A stretch of DNA of 64,000 nt, taken from NCBI GenBank assembly GCA_943787795.1, contig CALSNU010000001.1:768001-832000 (forward strand). Reading direction: 5' to 3'. A model generated the notes under the pieces. That model made no database searches. It had not been told where the DNA came from and was given only the letters and a program-made list of their open reading frames with translations. The stretch is from an uncultured bacterium (GTDB lineage: Bacteria > Planctomycetota > UBA1135 > GCA-002686595). The position numbers and the translations under genes were made by a program. Every line of letters starts with the position of its first letter. Position 1 is the stretch's first letter. Below are positions 38,433 to 46,050 of the stretch, in pieces.

Positions 38433-39770
38433 TCAGCGACCTGGCGCAGATTGAGACGGTGGGGCGAGCAGCCCGGGGGCCGCCTGGCTGCCCTCCAGGG
38501 CCGCCAGGAAGGCGCTCAGGTCACGCTTTTCCCCGACGGTGAGACGGAGCCGCACCAGGACTTGTTCCTGGTGATGGCCTCTTCCGGTGGCCCCCTCGAG
38601 CTCCGAGTAGAACTCGATCACGCTCGCGAGGTCTTCGAGCTGGCCCTGGTGCATGAAGGGCTTGCGATGATTGAGGTTACGGAGGCTCGGGGTCCTGAAT
38701 TCGCCCCAGGCCTCGGAGGACTGACGCAGCTGGCGGACCCTTAAGGCCGCCGGTCCGTCGGGATCGTCGCTGTACGAACCGGCCGCGTTGAACGGGCTAC
38801 CAGCGACCACCCTCGCCCCGTCGAAGCGGCCCGGATCCCGGGCCTCGCCGCCGTGCAGGGTTGGCAGGGCGTTGTTGTGAAACTCTCCGTCCGAGAAGTT
38901 CGGGCCGCTGTGGCAGAGGACGCAGTTGGCCCTCCCCATGAACAGGGCGAGCCCACGCTGGGCCTCGGGCGAGAGGCTGCCGACCTTCTCGGCGTCGTTC
39001 TCACGCAGCCCCTCGACGAAGCGGTCAAACGGGGCGTCGCCGCGGACCAGGAGGCGCTGATAAGCCGCGATGGCCTTGCCGGCGTGGACGAAGACCTCGT
39101 CGATCGCGGCACGTTGAGCGTCGTCGAGGGCGGCCCACGCCTGAACAGCCTCGGGGGCCGCGGGCCCTTGAGCCGTCTCCCTGCCACGGGCAGGCCGAGC
39201 ATCGTCGGGGCGTCCGCCGAGCGCGGCGCGGTTCAGGGGCCCGAAGACGGCCTCGTAGTCCGCGAGCAGGGCTGGATCATCGGCAATGACCCGAACGAGC
39301 ATCCCCCTCGTGGTGCCCATCTCCCTGGTGTCCTCGAGGGGATCGAGGGCCTGCATCCAGAGGGAATCTGCGCGACCGTCCCAGGTCAACCAGCGGTGGT
39401 GGGCGACGTTCCAGAGCGTCGGGGTGTGCCGGTTTCCGACCTGTTGCCCCATGGCCAGCTGCCGGCCGTCCGTGAAGCCGCGCTTCGGATCGTGGCAGGT
39501 AGCGCAGGAGACCTCTCCGTCCGCCGAGAGGCGCTCGTCGAAGAAGAGCGCCTGGCCGAACCGGGCCGCGAGGGCGTTGTCGGCGAAGCGATTGGTCGGG
39601 TCCGCGGGGAGCGGGGGCAGCGGCGACATCTGCAGGATGCGCCGCACCTGCGCCTCGCTGAAGGGCACCGCGGTCTCCACCGGCGCAGCCGGTCCTTCGG
39701 GCGCTGGGCCGCAGGCTACCGCGATGAGGAGCGTCGCCGAGGCGAGCCAGGGGAGGGCGCCGGCGCGCAT
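38433..39770 (-). CDS. Di-heme cytochrome c peroxidase family (bCcP/MauG/MbnH) lipoprotein
   Basis: Lipobox IAVAC; LFFDERLS; heme sites SCATCH and NCVLCH; WDGRA..L..QA; FRTPSLRN; PFMHQG. The ATG at 39770 overlaps the upstream stop (TGATG). Confidence 0.9.
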   Translation of the reverse strand: MRAGALPWLASATLLIAVACGPAPEGPAAPVETAVPFSEAQVRRILQMSPLPPLPADPTNRFADNALAARFGQALFFDERLSADGEVSCATCHDPKRGFTDGRQLAMGQQVGNRHTPTLWNVAHHRWLTWDGRADSLWMQALDPLEDTREMGTTRGMLVRVIADDPALLADYEAVFGPLNRAALGGRPDDARPARGRETAQGPAAPEAVQAWAALDDAQRAAIDEVFVHAGKAIAAYQRLLVRGDAPFDRFVEGLRENDAEKVGSLSPEAQRGLALFMGRANCVLCHSGPNFSDGEFHNNALPTLHGGEARDPGRFDGARVVAGSPFNAAGSYSDDPDGPAALRVRQLRQSSEAWGEFRTPSLRNLNHRKPFMHQGQLEDLASVIEFYSELEGATGRGHHQEQVLVRLRLTVGEKRDLSAFLAALEGSQAAPGLLAPPSQSAPGR

Positions 39771-40251
39771 CAGTACTGAAGCCTCACGCTGACCTGGGCG
39801 CGCTCGAATCGGGCGCCCTTCTGCACGTCCACGTGTAGCTCCCAGTGTCCGTACATATGAAGGAGGAGGCCGTCCGCCCGCATCGAACCGTCCTCCTGGG
39901 GCGTCAGGCCGACGTCTCGCAGCATGCCGTGCTTGTGGGCGGGCATCGCGGCGTCGATGGAGACCGCGTCGTAGGCGTCGAAGGGGGGCACCAGACTCCG
40001 GGTCGATGAGCGAGAGCGAGACGCTGAAGGCCTCGTTCATCGGCATCGGGTCGACCAGCGGCGTGATCCGAGCGATGAACATCCCGCCGCTGGAGAGCGC
40101 CTCCAGCGTCTCGCCGCGCACCTCGGGACTCGCCGGCTCATCGGTGCGGGTCCGCCACGCTGGTCCCGGCGTCAGAGGCCGGCGGATCTTGCTCGCCCGC
40201 GCCGCAGCCAAGGGTGATGAGCGACAGGATGACGGGGATGGAGAGTCTCAT
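39770..40251 (-). CDS. YtkA/FixH-like lipoprotein with a His/Met motif; two +1 frameshifts
   Basis: MRLSIPVILSLITLGC lipobox from the ATG at 40251; DAAMPAHKHGM and LLHMYGHWELHVDV. Removing one base at 40148-40150 and one at 39983-39988 gives an intact 159-aa ORF overlapping both neighbours' start/stop codons. Confidence 0.75.
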
Positions 40252-42242
40252 CGTCCTTCACCTTCCGGTTGATTGGACTTGGGCTGGAGGGGGACCCAGG
40301 TCGCCGCAGACTTCAGGGGCTCGATATAGAGCCGGCCCCCGAATCCAGCGATCAACGTGAGGTGGTCGGGGTCGAAGATCTGGCCGCGATGGTTGCCGTG
40401 GTCGAGCACGACGAGGCGCCCCTCGTCCATGGCGACGATCCCGCGCGGGTCGTGGAATTGGCCCGGCCCCAGGCCGCGCCCGCCGAATCCGCCCACGTGC
40501 CGGACGGCGCCGCCCGGTTGCCGCTCGAACCGCTCGACCCGGTCGGTGGCGCGGTCGGTGACCCAGATGCGATTCTCGCGAGAGGCCACGCCGTCAGGCT
40601 CCAAGAGGACCCCCTCGCCGAACGTCCGCAGCAGCTGCCCGCTGGGACCGAACTCCAGGACCCGTCCCCCTCGGGCGCCTGGGGCTCCCTCTCCGCCTGA
40701 GTCCACGACGAGGATTGTGCTGGCGGTGCCGAGGGTCGCCGGTGAGAGGCCCGCGATGCCGCGGATGGGCCCGGACTCGTCGTCGCCCTCGAGGGTCCCG
40801 ATCGTCTCCAGGTCGTGGTTGAGGATGAGCACCGAGTCCGTCGCGCGGTCCGAGACGAGGATCATCTCGTTGTTGGTACCCGGCGACAGGATCGACACCG
40901 CCCCCGGCCAGAACGGTCGGCCGGACGCGGCGGCGAGATCCAGGCCGTCGAGCTGCTGCGCCAGCTCAGGGTCTGCATTGAGCGGGCGCTGGGGCTGAAC
41001 GCGGAGCAGGGAGCGGGTGAGACGCGCGTTCCCCTCGTCCACCGCGAGCAGCGAGCGGCCACCGTTGAAGAGCCAGGTCGCGCAGGGGGTGCGGTACATG
41101 CCGAAGCGTGTCCCGTAGCTCGCCACGTCGGAGATCTTGGCCGGCTCCTTGCCCCTCAGGTCGTGGACCTGAACCTGGTGGCTCTCGGGAGAGACGGTCG
41201 CCATGTAGATCCCGCTGCCTGACAGGCTCGGTCCGAAGTGGGCAGCGGGCGGGCCGATCGCTGCCCGAAGGGGATCCTCTACAGGCTCCGCGCCCGGAGC
41301 GCGCCCGAAGAGCTGGACCCTGTCGTCCATGGGCTCGGCGACGGCGAGCAGCTGGGCGTCGCCCGAGACCGCGAGGGCCGCGGGGTAGTGGAGCGCGCCG
41401 GCACCCTCGCCCGGGCGGATCGCATGGACTCCGAACCGGTAGGCGAGCTCGCCGATCGCGGTGCCGGTGTTGAAGGCCTGAACTCGATGATTCTCGCGAT
41501 CGGCAACGAAGATCTTGCCGTCCGCAAATTCCACGTCGCTCGGGCCAGACAGGAGCGAGGGGTGGGGGCCCAGCTGCGAGAAGCTCTCCTCGTGCCCACC
41601 GTCGAGATCGAACACATGGATCCGGTGGGTCGCGCGATCGCAGATCGCGATCTGCAGCGCCCCGTCGGGCCCTTCGATGAAGCACGCGGCCTGGGGGCGA
41701 ACGAGCAGCTCCGCGCCGATGACATCGGGCGTGAGGGAGCCGCCTCGGAAGAGCTTCGCGGACCCAGCGCCGGGGTCGGCCACCACGACCAGCTGAGCCT
41801 CGCCGGACCCGGTCACGTCGACGCCAGCCGGGAGTGTGAGCGCCATCGCGTCCGCTGCGGGCACCGCTTCTCCTCCGCCCGCGGGGAGCAGCCAGAGCAT
41901 CCGCTGCAGCTCGTCGGTGATGAACACGTCTCCCTCCTCCGAGACCGCGAGCCCGACGGGCCGCTCGAGCTGGTCGGCGCCGAGCTCGGCGAGGTTCGGG
42001 GCGGGCGGCTCCGGGTCGGCGCTGGGCTCGAAGACCTGCACCGAAGGCGGGCGCTCGGCATCACCGCGCGTGGCGATGAACAGTGCGTTGGGTCTTCCTT
42101 GGAACGGGCCGAAGGCGGCCGCCACCGGTCGAGGGAGACCGGCGATCGTCGTGAGGTAAGCTCCGAGGTGTGAGGGCCCTTCATCGACGGTCTGCTGGGG
42201 GACCATCGAGGGCGAGAGGACGAGAGCGAGCAGCGCGAGCAT
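40248..42242 (-). CDS. Secreted NHL-repeat (tandem beta-propeller) protein
   Basis: Signal peptide; repeats LERPVGLAV, GPSDVEF...FVADRENHRVQAF, LHYPAALAV and GQFHDPRGIV...DHGNHRGQIF. Confidence 0.82.
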   Translation of the reverse strand: MLALLALVLSPSMVPQQTVDEGPSHLGAYLTTIAGLPRPVAAAFGPFQGRPNALFIATRGDAERPPSVQVFEPSADPEPPAPNLAELGADQLERPVGLAVSEEGDVFITDELQRMLWLLPAGGGEAVPAADAMALTLPAGVDVTGSGEAQLVVVADPGAGSAKLFRGGSLTPDVIGAELLVRPQAACFIEGPDGALQIAICDRATHRIHVFDLDGGHEESFSQLGPHPSLLSGPSDVEFADGKIFVADRENHRVQAFNTGTAIGELAYRFGVHAIRPGEGAGALHYPAALAVSGDAQLLAVAEPMDDRVQLFGRAPGAEPVEDPLRAAIGPPAAHFGPSLSGSGIYMATVSPESHQVQVHDLRGKEPAKISDVASYGTRFGMYRTPCATWLFNGGRSLLAVDEGNARLTRSLLRVQPQRPLNADPELAQQLDGLDLAAASGRPFWPGAVSILSPGTNNEMILVSDRATDSVLILNHDLETIGTLEGDDESGPIRGIAGLSPATLGTASTILVVDSGGEGAPGARGGRVLEFGPSGQLLRTFGEGVLLEPDGVASRENRIWVTDRATDRVERFERQPGGAVRHVGGFGGRGLGPGQFHDPRGIVAMDEGRLVVLDHGNHRGQIFDPDHLTLIAGFGGRLYIEPLKSAATWVPLQPKSNQPEGEGR

Positions 42243-42409
42243 GGCTCCATCCTAAGCCGGGCGGCACGGACTCCCGAGGGATGCAGGAGCCCATTCTTCA
42301 CGGCTACACTTCCTTCATCGGGATCGAGAATCGAGTCGCTACCATCCGACCATCGAGACCTCCACGACCCGCACCGCACGGTGGGTGTGGGCGATCGGTC
42401 GCATCGCAC

Positions 42410-43690
42410 ATGACCAGGGAGAAGCTGACACCGCCTCCGGCAGGGCCGAAGGTCACGTCCGAGGAGGGGCTCCAGCCGGAGCTCCAGCCGGAGCTCCAGC
42501 CGGAGCTCCAGCCGGGGCTCCAGCCGTTCGGCGCTCCATCGCGTGCTCCCCGGGGCAGCGCGTTGGCCCGCGCGCTTGAGGACCTTCGCGAGGCCGGAGG
42601 GATGGGAGGCGTGGTGCCCTCGCCTCCTCCTGCCGATCTGGGCCCCGCCGCCGGTGATGCCCGTGACGCCCGAGAGACCCGTGACAACCGGGACGCACAG
42701 GAGGCCAGCGCACTGCGCACTCCCCCGCTGCTGGTTGAGCCGTTTGTGTTCGGGGAGGAGGGCTCTGCTGCGGAGGAAGCTGCTGAGACCAAACGGGTGG
42801 TTCGCTCTGAGATCGGAGCGGACGCCCCAGCAGCCAAGTCAGCAGCCAAGCCAGCAGCCAAGCCAGCAGCCGAATCAGCAGCCGAATCAGCAGCCGAGCC
42901 GGCCGCCACGCTGGATCAAGCTCGGACCGAGCCGCGCTCCTTGGACAACACGCTCACCTCCACGATCCGGCGATGGGCCAAGCCCACCACGCCCAAGGAG
43001 CTCGAGGCGCGAGGCGTGAAGCGGGTGCGCAGCGTGAGCATGTCGCGGATCGCTTCTCTCATCGAGAAGGCCATCAACCGAGAGCTCATCGCCCGGACCC
43101 TGGATGGGGATACTGACGATGCGCTCTCGCTCTCAGCCAACGCGCGCGCGGGGTTCCTCGAGCTCGCTCGGACCGAGATGTCGGGCCGGGTCGACGTGGG
43201 GGCGGACTCGAGCGCCTTCGCGGACCTCGACCGGCTACGAGACGAGCTGGAGGCGCGGCGCGCCGAGCTCGAGGAGAGGGGGCGAAGCCTGGACGGGAGC
43301 GACTTCGGAGTCGAAGACGAAGCGCTGGAGCGCCGACTGCGAGCGGTGTTTGCCTCACGGCCTGAACGGCGAGACCCGGAGCTAGAGCGGGCCGTGGTGC
43401 AGGCTGCGCTCGGGGAGCTGGGCGAGATGCGGAGCCGAGCAGCCGAGCGGCGGATGGCGGAGAGCCGTCGAGAGACCCGACAGCTGGAGCGCCGGATCAC
43501 GAAGCTCGCCGGCCTGCTGGAGCAGACGGAGGGAGAGCTCCGCCGGACGCGCGCCCGCGGCGCCCAGGAGACAGGCGTGGCCTCGATCTACTCGGAGGTC
43601 CAGGGGCTCGACGAGGGAGACGGCCGCCTCGAGCAGAAGAAGGACCTCATGAAGTGCATCTTCGAGGCCAACCTCGAGCTGCAACATTGA
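42410..43690 (+). CDS. Hypothetical protein: low-complexity N-terminus and coiled-coil C-terminus
   Basis: Long ORF with coding-like composition; LQPE x5 and AAKP/AAES x6 repeats; heptad-rich C-terminal half. Confidence 0.65.
   Translation: MTREKLTPPPAGPKVTSEEGLQPELQPELQPELQPGLQPFGAPSRAPRGSALARALEDLREAGGMGGVVPSPPPADLGPAAGDARDARETRDNRDAQEASALRTPPLLVEPFVFGEEGSAAEEAAETKRVVRSEIGADAPAAKSAAKPAAKPAAESAAESAAEPAATLDQARTEPRSLDNTLTSTIRRWAKPTTPKELEARGVKRVRSVSMSRIASLIEKAINRELIARTLDGDTDDALSLSANARAGFLELARTEMSGRVDVGADSSAFADLDRLRDELEARRAELEERGRSLDGSDFGVEDEALERRLRAVFASRPERRDPELERAVVQAALGELGEMRSRAAERRMAESRRETRQLERRITKLAGLLEQTEGELRRTRARGAQETGVASIYSEVQGLDEGDGRLEQKKDLMKCIFEANLELQH
42470..42526 (+). repeat. 12-bp coding tandem repeat (LQPE x~5)
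   Basis: ctccagccggag x3, ctccagccgggg, ctccagccg. Confidence 0.85.
42830..42901 (+). repeat. 12-bp coding tandem repeat (AAKS/AAKP/AAES/AAEP x6)
   Basis: gcagccaagtca, gcagccaagcca x2, gcagccgaatca x2, gcagccgagccg. Confidence 0.85.
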
Positions 43691-43772
43691 GGAGCGGCCG
43701 CCCATCACGGGTGCCCCTCATCTCATCGCCGCGTGCTGCGCGACGCGCCCACAGCGTCCAGGGGCCGGCGAA

Positions 43773-45038
43773 CTAGCGGTGGAACAGCGGGAGCGTGTCG
43801 TCCGGCAGAGCCAGGAACAGCACGTTGCTCGCGGTCGCGTAGGCGGCACCGTAGCGGTTCACGAACTTCAGCCCGTTGCCGCCAACCCGGACGTCCTTCC
43901 AGGATCCTGACGGTTCCTGGGACGCGCACAGGCGCCGCATGACCGGCTCTGCCCAGCGGCGATAGTGGCTCGTATCCCGGTGGTGCCACAGGGCCTGGCT
44001 GAGGTAGAACCGCTCGTAGTAGGGGAAGGGATCGGCAGCCCCGGCGCCGTCCTCTTCTCGCTCGAGGAGCTTGCGCCAGATGAAGTCATAGCCCTCCTGG
44101 ACTCTGGGGCCGTCGTACGTCCCGCTGGCCTGCAGGGTCACGAGGCCTGCGGCGGTCAGGGCGATCGAGGTCTGGGGGTCGTCGAGCCCATACTTGAAGC
44201 CGCCGAGGGTCTGGCGGGCGCGCCTGCGGGCCGCCTCCTTGTCGTCCACGGCGGGGTCGTCCTGCGACGGGAGCTCCATCACCTGGAGTCGGGTCACGTA
44301 GTCCACGGCCTCGGCCACCGCGTCGGGGTTCACGCGGATCCCGACGTCGTTGGCGGCGCGCATGGCCTGAACCATCGCCACGGTGACGGACCCCTCGTGT
44401 TGGATCGAGCGGGCGGCGGAGTAGTACCAGCCGCCCTCGGCGCCCTGAGATCCTTCGATGCGATCGATGGCGGCGAGCAGCGTCTCGCCGATGCGCTTGC
44501 CGAGCGGAGTGTTCGGAGAGACGGTGTAGGCCTGCGCGAGGGCCAGGGTCGCGAGGCCGTGCCCGTGGGTCCGCGAGATGTTGTCGCCGCGATCCTCGAT
44601 GAAGCCTGGGAAGTCGTCGGAGCCACGGTGGGTGCTGGCGAGGAGGTACTCGATGGCCCTCCGCACCTGCTCCTGGTGCTCACCGCGGGTGAGCGTGGAG
44701 CCGCCCGACATCCAGGCCAGGGCGGCCAGCGAGGTGACCGCGAGCGGAGCTCGCTGACCAGGTTCGGCGTCCCCGACCTCGACCGAGCCATCCCGGGAGC
44801 TCTGTCGCGTCGACAGCCACTTGAGGCCCCGACCGATGGCCGTGATCCGCTCGGCGTCACCCTCCTGGGGATAGGGCCGCAGGGAGTCGTCCTCTTGGAG
44901 CTGGGGCCCGGCCAGGAGCAGGCGGCCCGTCGAGGACGGGGTGCCCTTGCTGCGCTCGTCCGTCGGCGCGGCCGCGTGGGCGCAGACGCTCACGCAGAAA
45001 ACAGCCAGGAGGCCGCGGGCGATCAGTCGGAGGGGCAT
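43773..45038 (-). CDS. Exported prenyltransferase/squalene-oxidase-repeat ((alpha/alpha)6 barrel) protein, paralog 2
   Basis: Signal-like N-terminus from the ATG at 45038; RGLKWL..RQ, HGHGLATLALAQAY, QGAEGGWYY and QEPSGSW; ends LPLFHR. Confidence 0.8.
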   Translation of the reverse strand: MPLRLIARGLLAVFCVSVCAHAAAPTDERSKGTPSSTGRLLLAGPQLQEDDSLRPYPQEGDAERITAIGRGLKWLSTRQSSRDGSVEVGDAEPGQRAPLAVTSLAALAWMSGGSTLTRGEHQEQVRRAIEYLLASTHRGSDDFPGFIEDRGDNISRTHGHGLATLALAQAYTVSPNTPLGKRIGETLLAAIDRIEGSQGAEGGWYYSAARSIQHEGSVTVAMVQAMRAANDVGIRVNPDAVAEAVDYVTRLQVMELPSQDDPAVDDKEAARRRARQTLGGFKYGLDDPQTSIALTAAGLVTLQASGTYDGPRVQEGYDFIWRKLLEREEDGAGAADPFPYYERFYLSQALWHHRDTSHYRRWAEPVMRRLCASQEPSGSWKDVRVGGNGLKFVNRYGAAYATASNVLFLALPDDTLPLFHR

Positions 45039-45057
45039 CAGCGAGGAAGCTCTTGGC

Positions 45058-46050
45058 TCAGCGCTTGCCGCCCTTGTTGAGCCGCTTGTAGTACGAGTCG
45101 ACCCAGTCCCGATAGCGGGGGGGGACGTCCTCGCTGACGCCGTTCTGGAAGACCTTGCGCAGGTGAACCGGGAGGTCACCCCACTCCTCGGCCCCGCTCG
45201 CGCCCGAGGGGCCGCCGGTCTCGCTGAGAGGGGGCGCGTCGGCCTGCCCGTCTTCTCCGGCGTCCGACTCCTGGCTCCCGCGGGGCTGCTGACCGTCGCC
45301 GGGCTCCCCTTGCTGCTCCTCACCCTCACCCGGTTCCGGCGGGCGTTCGCCGCTCTCTTGCTTGCGGCTATTCGACGGGGTCTGCCCCTGCTGGGGCGTG
45401 CCCTGGCTTGAGGGGCTCTGACTCTGGCTGCTGGAGCTGCTGGAACTGCTGCTCTGCTGCTCGGCCATCTCCAGGATCGTCTGGATATCGTCCAGGGTCG
45501 CTTCGCTCTGGCTCCGGGTGGCCCCGAGGATGCGAGCCATCCCGGAGGAGGCGCCCGCGGCCCCCTGCTCGGCCTCACGGATGAGCTCGTCGATGCCGGC
45601 GCTTCCGATGTCGTCGGCTCCTGAGACGTCTCCGCTGCTGGCCTCGTAGAGGAGGTCGGTCACACGCTGGAGGCGCTTCTCGACCTTGAGGAAGAGCTGC
45701 TCGATGTCCTCTGGCCCGCCGGCACCGCCGGGGGGCGCGAAGGGGTTCATCCCCCGCAGGTCGGTCTCGTCCTGCTCAGGGGTGGGGGGGGGAGCGCCGG
45801 CCTCCCGGGGATCGGTCTCTTGAGGCTCCGTCTTTGGGGCCCCGCCTTCCTGGCCGGTTTGCTCTGTGCCGGTTTGCTCTGTGCCGGTCTGCGATGTGCG
45901 GGTTTGCTCTGCACTCGAAGCAGGGAGGGCGGAATCGACGGGGGCCGCCGACTCCTGTGCTCCGGCGAGCGCCGCGAGCATGAGGGCGCCGGCCGTGAAG
46001 GTGGCTCGACGAAGGGGGGGCGTGGTGCGGTTCATGATCTGGTTCCTCAT
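45058..46050 (-). CDS. Exported low-complexity protein with a C-terminal WG.LP...P..YR..V..YY motif
   Basis: Signal peptide, Q/S/E/P-rich linker, ends WGDLPVHLRKVFQNGVSEDVPPRYRDWVDSYYKRL. ATGA overlap with the upstream gene. Confidence 0.7.
   Translation of the reverse strand: MRNQIMNRTTPPLRRATFTAGALMLAALAGAQESAAPVDSALPASSAEQTRTSQTGTEQTGTEQTGQEGGAPKTEPQETDPREAGAPPPTPEQDETDLRGMNPFAPPGGAGGPEDIEQLFLKVEKRLQRVTDLLYEASSGDVSGADDIGSAGIDELIREAEQGAAGASSGMARILGATRSQSEATLDDIQTILEMAEQQSSSSSSSSSQSQSPSSQGTPQQGQTPSNSRKQESGERPPEPGEGEEQQGEPGDGQQPRGSQESDAGEDGQADAPPLSETGGPSGASGAEEWGDLPVHLRKVFQNGVSEDVPPRYRDWVDSYYKRLNKGGKR

Noticed and set aside
38433..40211. 592-aa ORF as a single extended peroxidase
   Set aside because: The N-terminal part belongs to the frameshifted YtkA-like gene; the peroxidase has its own lipoprotein signal from 39770.
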